This document shows, piece by piece, positions 9,501 through 20,540 of a DNA stretch of 64,000 bases. Origin of the DNA: Gammaproteobacteria bacterium (GTDB lineage Bacteria > Pseudomonadota > Gammaproteobacteria > Eutrophobiales > Eutrophobiaceae); the NCBI GenBank assembly GCA_965222155.1, contig CBDCTH010000012.1:576001-640000 (forward strand), in the 5' to 3' direction. Each line of letters starts with the position of its first letter. Positions within the stretch are counted from its first letter, which is position 1. The notes beneath the pieces were generated by a model that was not told where the DNA came from, did no database searches, and worked only from the letters and a program-made list of their open reading frames with translations. Made by a program: the position numbers and the translations under genes.

Positions 9501-10353
9501 TTTCTGCTTGACAACTGTTTGAAACCAAGACCTGATTAAGAAGGGATTAAGACTGCACATAGATATCGTTAGTTCTTCTCTCTGGAATAGTTTGAAACCA
9601 AGACCTGATTAAGAAGGGATTAAGACACTGAACATAACGTGTATTGCGTATTCCTCAATAAGTTTGAAACCAAGACCTGATTAAGAAGGGATTAAGACCT
9701 TTCCAATACCAACACGCTTCATTAAGCCGCTGAGAGTTTGAAACCAAGACCTGATTAAGAAGGGATTAAGACCAATAATTTTTGTCGTTACTCAGGGTTA
9801 TTACTGCGTTTGAAACCAAGACCTGATTAAGAAGGGATTAAGACACATGCTTATTTATGTGGACTAAACCAACCACCTCTCGTTTGAAACCAAGACCTGA
9901 TTAAGAAGGGATTAAGACCTTGGACTACTTGCTTAGTTGTTAGGTCTTGGTTTGGTTTGAAACCAAGACCTGATTAAGAAGGGATTAAGACCTTCCCCTA
10001 AGTAACCGGCGCCGAACGCCTACGTTTGAAACCAAGACCTGATTAAGAAGGGATTAAGACCCTCCTGCGTGCGTCATCTGGTAGGAAACTTGACCCTTCG
10101 TTTGAAACCAAGACCTGATTAAGAAGGGATTAAGACGAGATCGGTGACATCCACTTTCAGGGTAATGATCTGTTTGAAACCAAGACCTGATTAAGAAGGG
10201 ATTAAGACTGGACGGCTTGGCGCACCTCTGTATTCTGGCTGGCGTTTGAAACCAAGACCTGATTAAGAAGGGATTAAGACACTGCCGGAGCTTTTTTATA
10301 CTTCTTCCACTCCGTCGTTTGAAACCAAGACCTGATTAAGAAGGGATTAAGAC
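6525..10353 (+). CRISPR. CRISPR array, 53 repeats of 37 bp (GTTTGAAACCAAGACCTGATTAAGAAGGGATTAAGAC), 52 spacers
   Basis: Invariant repeats counted by hand; spacers mostly 32-40 nt with one of 23 and one of 54; 3' ATTAAGAC tag and leader position give + orientation. Confidence 0.98.
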
Positions 10354-10364
10354 TTACAGCTTCT

Positions 10365-10836
10365 AGTAAAAAATGGAGACCCCCCAGCTCTGCTGGGGAG
10401 GCACGCGCAGTTTGACAGTTCCAGAAATCTCATGGTAACCCCCAAGTGTGAGCCGCCCAGCATCACACGCAGGAGAAACCATGAGAAAAGTAAGCAGTTT
10501 AAACCCCAGATGTTGTCGATACCGCCGAAGTGTGCGGTATCCCAGGTGGTCGGGTTTATCAAAAGGAGGAGTGCGATCCATATTGCCCGGGGGTATTTCG
10601 GTGGGCAGAGGAATTATGTGGGCCAAAGGGTATGTTATCTCGACCGTGGGGCGAGATGAGCAGGTGATACGGGAGTATAGATGTCACCAGGAAAAAGAAG
10701 ATCGACGCATCGAGCAACTGAACTTGGTGTAGGAACCGACCCCTTCAGGGGTCTCAAGGAGCCGTGAGGCTCCGTTAACGCCGCTTTGAGCGGCTCACAA
10801 ATTTAAAGCCCCCGGCTCTGCCGGGGGATATTTACT
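10365..10836 (+). mobile_element. IS200/IS605-family element with internally deleted, frameshifted tnpA
   Basis: Subterminal hairpins CCCCAGCTCTGCTGGGG and CCCCCGGCTCTGCCGGGGG; fragments SIPPK..VSQVVGFIK..SAIHIAR and GY..STVGRDEQVIREY..HQEKED in different frames. Confidence 0.88.
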
Positions 10837-10853
10837 CATACTGAAAATAAATC

Positions 10854-11369
10854 TTATCGATTGATAAGCATCTGATAACGATTTCTTTGGACGTCAATGT
10901 TTTTTTCATAGGCTATTTTTGCGATCTCAACATCCTGCGTTTTTGGCTTTATTTTTATCCTGGGGTTCTTGAGGAACCAGTCAGCCACTTCGTAGAAATG
11001 CCAGAGTGGAACACTTCCGGAAACACTGGGACTGGGAAAAGTTGAATTTTCGGCCGTTGCCATTCTCCAGACGTTTTGACGCGAACACTCCAGCAGCGCG
11101 GCTATATCGGAAATGCCTACCAGATCGGGTTTCAATTCTATCAATTCCGCATCGGGAATTGCATTCTGCACATCATGGACAGCCTGCCGGATCGCGTTCT
11201 CTGCTGATTTTGCATTACGTGAAAAATTCAAAGCGATTGAACCCGGCATGCCGATTCCAACCAACGCGTCATCACAACCCGCTTCATATAAAGCATCCAG
11301 GTAGTTCTCCGGATTTCTTCTGTCCTCAGACAATACGAAGGTTAAAGTGAAATTGTAGGAATTCGACAT
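10854..11369 (-). CDS. HicB-like plus HTH DNA-binding protein (putative antitoxin)
   Basis: DALYEAGCDDALVGIG...PDLVGISDIA..SRQNV..FPSP; follows HicA-like gene. Confidence 0.75.
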   Translation of the reverse strand: MSNSYNFTLTFVLSEDRRNPENYLDALYEAGCDDALVGIGMPGSIALNFSRNAKSAENAIRQAVHDVQNAIPDAELIELKPDLVGISDIAALLECSRQNVWRMATAENSTFPSPSVSGSVPLWHFYEVADWFLKNPRIKIKPKTQDVEIAKIAYEKNIDVQRNRYQMLINR

Positions 11370-11374
11370 CTTGC

Positions 11375-11621
11375 TTATTTCTGGTTATCGACAGTTCCGT
11401 AGATACAACCGTCGATCTTCTTTCGTAATCTTCTGGCAAAGTTGCCGGGATTTTTCGGAGTACTCCAGACCTACATGCGGCATGAGTCCACACCGGCAAT
11501 CAGCGCTATTTTGAGGGCATTGCAATATCCCCCAAGCATGGCCGCCGGCTGCTTTCACGGACCAACCTTTTGTCCTCGCATAGCGAATGACATCATCAAT
11601 CTCCTTATTGGGATGCTTCAT
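11375..11621 (-). pseudogene. HicA-like toxin, frameshifted with internal TAG
   Basis: MKHPNKEI...GW...GHAWG..CP..CRCG, then shifted frame CRM*VWSTPKNPGNFARRLRKKIDGC. Confidence 0.7.
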
Positions 11622-11656
11622 CTACTTCCTTCGGCGATTGTAGAAAGCTTACTATA

Positions 11657-11756
11657 GGGAACCTCTAATAATAGACATTTTTCGATACACAGGGTCGCTA
11701 ACTTATTGAAATCATTGACCGCTAATATATCAATTTGTGAATAAATAGAGGTTCCC
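11657..11756. mobile_element. 100-bp MITE with IS5-type terminal inverted repeats
   Basis: TA-GGGAACCTCTA...TAGAGGTTCCC-TA; ends resemble those of the IS5 at 44613-45901. Confidence 0.8.
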
Positions 11757-11895
11757 TACACTCGGACATGCAAGAGGCCGTCTCTGGAGTATTAATCTTT
11801 TCAGTTTCATCGACGCTATTGCCACGTTGGTTACTCCCGCGAAAAGGGCTGACCCACATATCTTGTATGTTCTCTGAAGGGCCGGATGCCCAGGT

Positions 11896-14302
11896 TCAGA
11901 AGCGGTAGGCCACCTCTACGCCCCAGGTCCGGGGGGCGCCTAAGACACAGCATTGCAGGCCGCCGCCTGTTGTCGGATCAACCAGGCTCAGGGTCGTGCC
12001 GATCGGCTGATTGAATATGGTCTGACAATACTCCTCAGCAAAGGCGTTGCGCACAAAGGCGGCCAGCTCCCAGCCCGCCGCGGCGCTGCGAATACCCAGA
12101 CGGGCATTGACGGTTTCATAACCCGATTGTATCGACTGCGGGTTGTTATTCGTTTCGGCGCCGACGTTCTGGGTACTGACGTATTGAAACTCACCACGCA
12201 CATACCAGGACAGGTCGACGCCCGGCAGGTTATCGGTCCATTCGCCCAGCAGGGATAACTGCCACCTGGGGGAGAAGTGGTTACGCTGCCCTGCCAGGTC
12301 CCGGGGTGGAACCGGACCGGCGGGCAGACCGGCCCGTTGCCGGCCCCTGTTTGTTTCCTGGACAGCGGCTACGACCGCGGGCAGATTGGTTGCATTGGGA
12401 AATGAGTCAAAATCCGAATCAAGAAAACTGACGCCCAGTAATCCGAAAAACCGGGGTATGGGGCGTACCTGAATATCGACTTCAACCCCTTGCTGTGTTA
12501 ATTCTCCAGTATTTTGCACGATAAAATTCACCCCATCGAATTGTCTGTCCTGAAAGTCTTCGATTTCCGTTCGGAACAGGGTGAGGTTGGCCGTCATTCG
12601 ATTATCCAACAAGGTACTCTTGAAGCCCAGTTCGTAGTTATCTACGGTTTCCGAACTGAAGGTTCTTGATGCGCCGCTGGCAAGTCCTATGGAATTAAAC
12701 CCTTCGGAATTAAACCCGCCTGATTTAAATCCCGTGGACGCCCCGCCAAATACCATCAAGTCATCGGTCAGGTAGTAGCTCAGGTTGGCCATCCAGGTGA
12801 CTTCTTCCTCGGTGAGATTCAGATCCGGCTCATTTTCCTGGGCGCGCAGGTCCAGACCGAACGGATTAGTTGCCGAGACCGGCGCAAGGATCGAATTATT
12901 GATGTTGCTGATAAAACTGCCCTCTTTATCGTCTTTGGTCCAACGGATGCCGCCGGTCAGGCGTAATTGCTCAGTCACGTTAACCGTAGCCTGACCGAAC
13001 AAGGCGTAGCTGGTGAGTTGCTGGTTGAATTGGGTGTCTACCGCGGTGGTCTGGGCGCCGTTGGCGCACTGTCCGGCCGCGGCGCGTCCCAACGCCGGCG
13101 CGCGGGCCAGGACACCGGCCTGAGCGGCCGCGCCGATGAGCATGGCGGCGGACTGGCCATCCAGCCCGAATTGCGCTGCCAGAATGGCCGGATCGGTAAT
13201 GGCGCCGACAACGATTGCCTGGGCGATGGCAGTAGCCAGTTGCACGTTGCCGCGTAGCATAGGCACGATGGCGGCTGTAAATTGAGGAATGGCCGCGCGG
13301 GCCACCTGCGCTTGGACCAGGTTGCTGACGGCCGGGCACAGGTCGGCGCCCAGGTCAAAATTCTGATCGATGGCATAGTCTTCGTCGTAAAAGTAAAAGC
13401 CGGCTACATACTCGAATTTAGCGCCGGTTGGCGAGATGATTTGCAACTCCTGGGAGACGGTTTCCGCATCATAGTGAGTAACGCGGTCAATCAGGGCGGC
13501 CGGCAGCCTGAGAGCGGATTCAAAGTTGTCGTTGTTCCAGTCCCGGAAAGCAGTAATGGAGCGGATGGTGTGTTCACCCACGGTCCAGTTCACAGCGCCG
13601 GCGATACCCCATTGTTCATCGTCCGCCCGAATCTTCCCAATCGCCAAACTCAGCGTCGTTGCCATTGCCGCTAAAGGTATTATCAGCAAACCCGTCACGG
13701 TCCATGTAATGAAATGATAATCGACCTGATACATTATCAGCCAAGCCGCCTGCTAATGCCCCCTGTACCCGCGCAGCATTGAAATTACCGTAGCTTGCCC
13801 GGACGGACCCTGCCAATTCATCACCGGGCTTTTTGGTGCGGATATTCAGGGCGCTCATGGAGGCATTGCGGCCGAATAGTGTTCCTTGCGGGCCGCGTAA
13901 TACCTCCACCATTTCCAGGTCCGTCAAGCCGCCCACGACGGAACCGGGGCGGGGATAATAAACACCGTCGATAAATACGGCCACACTGGGTTCAATGGCG
14001 TTGTTACCTACGGAACCGACTCCGCGCATGATGATCCGGTTATTGGCCACCTGGCTGGATTGAGTCAGGCTCAGGTTGGGCGTGTAGGCGCTGAGTTGTT
14101 GCAGATTGTCGATGCCGGACTCCTGCATGAAGTCACCGGAGAAGGCGGAGATCGAAATAGGAACGTCCTGCACGTTTTCCGCACGTTTTTGCGCGGTAAC
14201 GACAATCTCTTAAATTTGGGCCTGAGCTGGATGACTCAAGATGAGTGTTGCAGCCAGGATGAGATAGAACATTTTCTTAAGCGTTGTGGGATAATGATAC
14301 AT
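11896..14302 (-). pseudogene. TonB-dependent receptor pseudogene
   Basis: Signal peptide then AQI*EIVVTAQKR (TAA); plug EVLRGPQGTLFGRNA; frameshift near 13620-13730; C-terminal PRTWGVEVAYRF. Confidence 0.88.
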
Positions 14303-14456
14303 TTTACCCCCCGCGAGTTGTCTGATGGATGTATCTCCGGCTGCGATGATTCTAACACAAAGTACGGGGCAAAACGCACCGATTTTTTATCCGGGAAAAG
14401 TCTCACATATTTCTGAACCTGGACACTAAAGCTACGCAGAACCGGTCTGAGATACA

Positions 14457-17198
14457 CTAATTCTTAGCGACCCGTATTGCGCAGAATTTGAATTCGGGGA
14501 TTTTGCCGAAGGGGTCCAGGGCGTCGTTGGTGATCAGGTTTGCGGCTGCTTCGTGGTAGGTGAAGGGCATCATGACGACGCCTGGCTGCAGGCCTTCGTC
14601 GACGCGGGTGGCGACGGTGAGCCTGCCGCGTCGGGATTCGATAGCCAGCAGGTCGCCCGATTCCATAGTCAGGGCGCGTAGATCTTCAGGGTTTATCAGG
14701 ATATACGGCCAGGGTTCGATGGTATTCAATACCCTGGAATGGCGTGTCATGGTGCCGGTGTGCCAGTGTTCCAGTTGCCGTCCGGTCATGAAGATGAAGG
14801 GATAGTCGTCATCGGGCAGTTCTGCCGCCTCAATATAATCAGCCGCCACAAAACGCCCCTTGCCGTCATGCGTCGGGAAAATGCCGTCTCTGAATATGAC
14901 CGGTTCACCCGGGTCATCTTCCCTGGTCAGCGGATAAGTCAGTGAATCGTCCTGCTCCAGGCGCGCCCAGGTCATGCCGGCCATGCTGGGCACGGCCTGC
15001 CTGATTTCCTCGAATACCGCTTCCGGTCCGGGATAAGCCCAGTCCAGCCCGAGACGCCGGGCCAGTTCCTGGATGATCCACAGGTCCTGGCGCGCATCCC
15101 CGGGCGGGGTGACGGCCTGCCGGCCCAACTGTACCCGTCGGTCGGTATTGGTAAAGGTGCCGGTTTTCTCTGGAAAAGCGGAGGCCGGCAGGATGACGTC
15201 GGCGAACCCGCAGGTTTCCGTGAAGAAAATGTCCTGTACGACCAGGTGTTGCAGTCGGGTGAGCGCCTCCCTGGCGTGCTGCAGGTTCGGGTCTGACATG
15301 GCAGGGTTCTCTCCCATGATGTACATGCCCGTGATTTCCCCAGCTTCAACGCTGTGCATGATCTCGACTACCGTCTTGCCGCTCTCCGGGTCCAGTTCCG
15401 TTCCCCAGAACTCCTCGAATTTCCTCTTTATTTCAGCATCGTTCACCGACTGGTAGTCCGGATACACCATCGGGATCAATCCCATGTCGGAGGCGCCCTG
15501 TACATTATTCTGTCCACGCAAGGGGTGCAGGCCGGTACCGGGCCGGCCGATTTGTCCCGTCATCAGCGCCAGTGAGATCAGGCAGCGCGCGTTATCCGTC
15601 CCGTGTACGTGCTGGGATATGCCCATTCCCCAGAAAATAATGGCCGTCTTTGCCGTCGCATACAGACGCGCCACCTCCTTGATGGTGTCTGCTGCGATAG
15701 CGCAGATCGGCGCCACTTTTTCCGGGCTGTATGCCTGCACCGTTTCCCTGAGCGCGGCAAAACCGTCGGTATGAGCATCGATAAAGGACTGGTCATGCAA
15801 TCCCTCATTGATGATCGTGTGCATCATCCCGTTCAACAGCAGCACGTCCGTACCGGGGTGCACTTGCAAAAACGCGTGGGCATGCAGGTACATCTCGGAA
15901 CTGTACGGTTCTATCACGATCAGTTTGCTGCCGTTTACAGCTGCATTTTTCATGAACGTGGCCGCGACCGGGTGATTATCGTTTGGCCGAGCGCCTATTA
16001 CGATGATGACCTCCGCCTGGGTGCCGTCTGCCACCTGGTTGGAGACCGCGCCCGAGCCGATGGTTTCCAGCAGGGCGGCAACCGAGGAGGCATGGCACAG
16101 TCGGGTGCAATGATCCACGTTATTGGTGCCGAAGCCGGTGCGTACCAGTTTCTGGAACAGGTAGGCTTCTTCGTTGCTGCCCTTGGCGCAGCCGAATCCG
16201 GCCAGGGCCTGAGAACCTGCCGTATCACGGATGGAACGCAGACCGGACGCGGCCACGTCCAGCGCTTCCTCCCAGCTTGCTTCGCGGAAATATCGGTGCA
16301 ACGACCGGGACTCGATAATCTGCGGGGCCTTGGGCGTACCGGGTTTCCGGATCAGCGGCCTCGTCAAACGAGCGGGATGATGCACGTAGTCGAACCCGTA
16401 ACGTCCCTTTACGCAAAGGCGGCTCTGGTTGGAGGGGCCGTCCCGGCCTTCAATGTATTGTATGTGGTTGTTTTTTACGTTGAATGTCAACAGGCAGCCT
16501 ACCCCGCAATAGGGGCAGACGGAAGCGACCTGTTTGTCCGGTTTTACCAGACCCACGTTCCTGGCCGGCATCAGGGCGCCGGTAGGACAGGCCTGCACGC
16601 ATTCGCCACAGGCCACACAGGTGCTCTCGCCCATCAGGTCACCCATGTCGAATACGATTTCGGAGTGCTTGCCGCGCATGGCGTAACCGATAACGTCGTT
16701 CACCTGTTCTTCCCGGCAGGCGCGTATGCAACGGGTGCACTGGATACAGGCATCCAGGTTGACCGCGATCGCGGGGTGCGACAAGTCCGGAGCGACCGGC
16801 TCGCGCGGCTCGAAGCGGGGAGAGAATACGTTCAACTTCGTGGCCCAGTGGTCCAGTTCCGAGTCCAGGCGGTAGGGCGACGCGCCCTGTTGCGGCATGT
16901 CGGCCAGTAATAATTCCAATACCATTTTCTGCGAGTGGAGCACGCGCTCCGTGGCGCTGTTGACCTTCATGGCGGCGGCCGGTTTACGGCAGCAGGACGG
17001 CGCCAGGGTGCGCTCGCCCTCTATCTCTACCATGCAGACGCGACAGTTCCCATCGGTCCGATAGCCTTCCTTATAGCAGAGTCGGGGAATCTCCACCCCG
17101 TGATGTTCCGCCGCCTGCAGGATGGTTTCGTCCGCGCCGGCCTCGATATCCTGTCCGTTCAGGAAAAATTGGATCGTTGTTTCAGCTTCAGTCCTCAT
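14457..17198 (-). CDS. fdhF: Formate dehydrogenase alpha subunit (Mo/W-bisPGD, N-terminal Fe-S domains; Cys ligand)
   Basis: CPYCGVGC, LCVKGRYG, DHCTRLCHASSV, LRGQNNVQG, IPEFKFCA. Confidence 0.95.
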   Translation of the reverse strand: MRTEAETTIQFFLNGQDIEAGADETILQAAEHHGVEIPRLCYKEGYRTDGNCRVCMVEIEGERTLAPSCCRKPAAAMKVNSATERVLHSQKMVLELLLADMPQQGASPYRLDSELDHWATKLNVFSPRFEPREPVAPDLSHPAIAVNLDACIQCTRCIRACREEQVNDVIGYAMRGKHSEIVFDMGDLMGESTCVACGECVQACPTGALMPARNVGLVKPDKQVASVCPYCGVGCLLTFNVKNNHIQYIEGRDGPSNQSRLCVKGRYGFDYVHHPARLTRPLIRKPGTPKAPQIIESRSLHRYFREASWEEALDVAASGLRSIRDTAGSQALAGFGCAKGSNEEAYLFQKLVRTGFGTNNVDHCTRLCHASSVAALLETIGSGAVSNQVADGTQAEVIIVIGARPNDNHPVAATFMKNAAVNGSKLIVIEPYSSEMYLHAHAFLQVHPGTDVLLLNGMMHTIINEGLHDQSFIDAHTDGFAALRETVQAYSPEKVAPICAIAADTIKEVARLYATAKTAIIFWGMGISQHVHGTDNARCLISLALMTGQIGRPGTGLHPLRGQNNVQGASDMGLIPMVYPDYQSVNDAEIKRKFEEFWGTELDPESGKTVVEIMHSVEAGEITGMYIMGENPAMSDPNLQHAREALTRLQHLVVQDIFFTETCGFADVILPASAFPEKTGTFTNTDRRVQLGRQAVTPPGDARQDLWIIQELARRLGLDWAYPGPEAVFEEIRQAVPSMAGMTWARLEQDDSLTYPLTREDDPGEPVIFRDGIFPTHDGKGRFVAADYIEAAELPDDDYPFIFMTGRQLEHWHTGTMTRHSRVLNTIEPWPYILINPEDLRALTMESGDLLAIESRRGRLTVATRVDEGLQPGVVMMPFTYHEAAANLITNDALDPFGKIPEFKFCAIRVAKN

Positions 17199-17224
17199 GG
17201 CTTATATCTGCTTGTTGTCCTGCG

Positions 17225-18889
17225 TCACTCAAACTCCTCCGGGAAGTACCTGATAGCGCTACGCAACGGATTGGGCGCGGCCTGTCCCAGCCCGCAGATG
17301 GAGGCATCCTCCATGACCTGCGCCAGGTCTTCCAGTAGCAGCCGGTCCCATTCAGGCTTTTCCATCAGCTTGACCGCTTTGGCTGTTCCCGCCCGGCAGG
17401 GCGTACACTGGCCACAGGATTCATCCTCAAAGAAACGCATTGCGTTCAGCGCCAGGGCGCGGGCGCTGTCCTGGTCCGACAGCACGATGACCGCGGCAGA
17501 ACCGATAAAGCAGCCATGCGCTTGCAGGGTATCGAAATCCAGCGGGACATCATCCAGTGAGGCGGGCAATATACCGCCGGAAGCACCGCCCGGGAAGTAT
17601 CCGTAAAACTCGTGTCCCGGCAACATGCCGCCACAGTATTCCTCGATGAGTTCCCGGATGGTAATGCCTGCCGGCGCCAGGTGAACACCGGGATTTTGTA
17701 CCCGTCCGCTCACAGAGAACGAGCGCAGCCCCTGGCGGCCGTGCCTGCCGTGGGAGGTGAACCATTCCGATCCTTTTTCAACAATATCCCGCACCCAATG
17801 CAGGGTTTCCATGTTCTGCTCCAGGGTGGGGCGACCGAACAGGCCGACCTCCGCGACGTAGGGAGGCCGCAGGCGCGGCATCCCACGCTTGCCTTCTATG
17901 GATTCAAGCATGGCGGATTCTTCGCCGCAGATATAGGCCCCGGCGCCACGGCGCAAGTGGATAGGCGGCAGGGGGCATGGTGGGTTGCGCTGTAATGCCG
18001 CCAGTTCTTCCTGCAACAAGGCACGGCAGCCAGCGTATTCATCGCGCAGATAAATATAGATGGCCTCTGCTTCAATGGCCCAGTTCGCGATCAATGTGCC
18101 CTCGATAAAACGATGCGGATCTGTTTCCAGGTAGTAACGATCCTTGAACGTCCCGGGCTCGCCCTCATCGACGTTGACAGCGATCAACCGCGGGCTGGGT
18201 TGACCGCGCAGGATGCGCCATTTTCTGCCTGCCGGGAAACCTGCGCCCCCCAGGCCGCGCAGGTTGGCGCGTTCCAGCAGGGTAATGATCTGTTCCGGCG
18301 TGTATTCGCCGTTTATGCAATCTGCCAGCAACTTATAACCGCCTTGCTCCCGGTAGCGCGCGTAGCGTATGGCGTCCGGCTCCGGGCAAACCGATTCATT
18401 GTTTTCCAGGGCAGCCGTAACCGCTGCCGGCTGCGCATGCTCTATCGGGTTGGTCCCTACCACTGCGACCGGCGCCGCCTGGCAGCGACCCACGCAGGGG
18501 ACGGGTTGTATCCTGATTTCAGCGCTATCCATCGTCGCGCGCAAATTATCGATCAAGTTCCTTGCGCCAAACATCTCACAAGTCAGCGAGTCACATACCC
18601 GTACCGTGAGCGCCGCCGCCGGCGTTTCATTGGCTTTCAATACGTCGAAGTGGTGATAAAAAGTGGCCGTTTCATACACCTCGGCCATGGGCAGTTCCAT
18701 TTCAATGGCCAGGGCCAGAAGATGGCGGTGCGACAGGTGCCCGTAGTGGTCCTGGAGCTTGTGCAGGTGTTCTACCAGCAGCTCGCGGGTACGCGGAGCG
18801 TCTCCCAGGAGCTTGCGGACGTCAGCCAGCGCCTTATGGGGTGTGGTGCGGCCCTGGATACGACCTTTTTTGCCGCGCGTGCGTTTCAT
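17225..18889 (-). CDS. Formate dehydrogenase NADH/FMN-binding subunit (NuoE-NuoF/FdsGB-like fusion)
   Basis: EVYETATFY, LRGLGGAGFP, DEGEPGTFKDR, GAGAYICGEE, ESCGQCTPCR. Confidence 0.92.
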   Translation of the reverse strand: MKRTRGKKGRIQGRTTPHKALADVRKLLGDAPRTRELLVEHLHKLQDHYGHLSHRHLLALAIEMELPMAEVYETATFYHHFDVLKANETPAAALTVRVCDSLTCEMFGARNLIDNLRATMDSAEIRIQPVPCVGRCQAAPVAVVGTNPIEHAQPAAVTAALENNESVCPEPDAIRYARYREQGGYKLLADCINGEYTPEQIITLLERANLRGLGGAGFPAGRKWRILRGQPSPRLIAVNVDEGEPGTFKDRYYLETDPHRFIEGTLIANWAIEAEAIYIYLRDEYAGCRALLQEELAALQRNPPCPLPPIHLRRGAGAYICGEESAMLESIEGKRGMPRLRPPYVAEVGLFGRPTLEQNMETLHWVRDIVEKGSEWFTSHGRHGRQGLRSFSVSGRVQNPGVHLAPAGITIRELIEEYCGGMLPGHEFYGYFPGGASGGILPASLDDVPLDFDTLQAHGCFIGSAAVIVLSDQDSARALALNAMRFFEDESCGQCTPCRAGTAKAVKLMEKPEWDRLLLEDLAQVMEDASICGLGQAAPNPLRSAIRYFPEEFE

Positions 18890-19094
18890 AAATTACTATT
18901 GTTCAAGTGGAGACATCAGGCTACAGCTCTTGTGTTTTTTCTCAGATTACAATCCGGTTTCACGTACGGCCAGTATCCCACACTTTGCGTAATGTACGAT
19001 GGTAAGCAGTAGAATCCGGCAAAAAAAGTAAAACCGCTTCGTCCCTTTGTAATATAATCCCCATGGTAAATCCTTTGTAGACTGGAGATAACTT

Positions 19095-20459
19095 ATGAAA
19101 CAACTTACCAACCCTGTCTATTTTATTGTTATTGTTTTCCTGCTGTCAATCAATCCGATTGCAACCGCAGACGAAACCTGCATGTCGCCATATATGGCAA
19201 AAATCGTCGGCCAGGAGGATTTCGTCTATGTCTGGACGCTGGGTATGGAAGGTCTTGGAGACGAACAGGACAAGCTGGTTACCGTTGACGTCAATCCTCA
19301 GTCCGGGAACTACGGCAAGGTAATCAACTCGCTGTCGGTGGGCGGGCGTAATGAAGCCCATCACTCGGGCCTGACGGATGACCGGCGCTACCTGTGGGCA
19401 TCGGGTCTTGACACCAACAAAATTTTCATTTTTGACATACACACGGACGCGGCCAACCCCCGGTTACATAAGACCATCAGCAATTTTGTCGCACAGAGCG
19501 GCGGTGTAGTCGGCCCCCACACCAGTTACGCCATGCCCGGCAGGATGCTTATTACCGGCCTGTCCAATGACAAGGACCACGGTGGACGCACGGGGATGGT
19601 GGAGTACACAAACGAGGGAGAATACATCGCGACTTACTGGATGCCCACCGACGCAGACCTGCAGGGTGCGGTCAAGGGGGGAGATTTCGCCGATGGTTAT
19701 GGTTATGACGTGCGCGTACTGCCGCGCCGTAACGTGATGGTGACCTCTTCGTTCACCGGCTGGAATAATTACATGATGGACCTGGGTCAAATGATGGCGG
19801 ACCCGGAAGCCATGCAGCGTTTCGGTAATACCGTCGTCATCTGGGACCTGCATAAACGCCAACCCAAAAAGGTACTGGATGTGCCGGGCGCGCCGCTTGA
19901 AGTTCGTTGCGCCTGGGGCTCGCAGAATAATTATTGTTTCACCACCACCGCCCTCACATCCAAGATCTGGCTGATCTATGAAGATGACAGCGGGGACTGG
20001 CAGGCAAAGCCAATTGCGGATATCGGTGTTGCAGAACAGATTCCGCTTCCCGTGGACATCTCCATTGCGGCGGATGATTCACTGTTGTGGGTGGATACCT
20101 GGAATGACGGCATGACGCGGGTGTTCGATATCAGCGACCCGCATGATGCAAAAGAGATATTTGCGGAGAAGATCGGCGATCAGATCAACATGTTGTCCCA
20201 GAGTTGGGACGGTAAACGCGTTTACTTCACCTCATCCCTGCTGTCCAACTGGGATAAGCAACAGGGGCAGGAGGGTGACCTGCAGTACTTCAAGTCTTAT
20301 ACCTGGGATGGGGAAAAACTGACCCACCAGTTCTCCATTGATTTCATTGAAGCCGGCCTGGGTATGCCGCACCAGATGCGTTTCGGTTCCTACGCCCTGT
20401 ACGCGAAAAACCGGCCTGCCGGGGAGAATAGCGACGTTTCTCTGGCAGCAAATTACTGA
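19095..20459 (+). CDS. mtoX: Methanethiol oxidase (SBP56 family), periplasmic
   Basis: Signal peptide + DETCMSPY; NEAHH; FTGWNNYM and SNWDK tryptophans; SCO/MauG gene downstream. Confidence 0.9.
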   Translation: MKQLTNPVYFIVIVFLLSINPIATADETCMSPYMAKIVGQEDFVYVWTLGMEGLGDEQDKLVTVDVNPQSGNYGKVINSLSVGGRNEAHHSGLTDDRRYLWASGLDTNKIFIFDIHTDAANPRLHKTISNFVAQSGGVVGPHTSYAMPGRMLITGLSNDKDHGGRTGMVEYTNEGEYIATYWMPTDADLQGAVKGGDFADGYGYDVRVLPRRNVMVTSSFTGWNNYMMDLGQMMADPEAMQRFGNTVVIWDLHKRQPKKVLDVPGAPLEVRCAWGSQNNYCFTTTALTSKIWLIYEDDSGDWQAKPIADIGVAEQIPLPVDISIAADDSLLWVDTWNDGMTRVFDISDPHDAKEIFAEKIGDQINMLSQSWDGKRVYFTSSLLSNWDKQQGQEGDLQYFKSYTWDGEKLTHQFSIDFIEAGLGMPHQMRFGSYALYAKNRPAGENSDVSLAANY

Positions 20460-20540
20460 GTGTCATAATCCAGCTGTGACAAGTCGCATATGCTGAAGAC
20501 AAACGCATATCATTTTATGCTGCTTCGATGGATAGTATTG

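Noticed and set aside
6525-10353. Self-targeting spacers
   Set aside because: No match to other parts of the window noticed by eye; not an exhaustive search
14361-14400. Weak similarity to 19014-19050 (TCCGG-A-tract) upstream of two promoters
   Set aside because: Too degenerate to call a shared regulatory site
19095-20459. Link between the 'selenium-binding protein' and selB/selC
   Set aside because: This family is methanethiol oxidase and the ORF has no in-frame UGA
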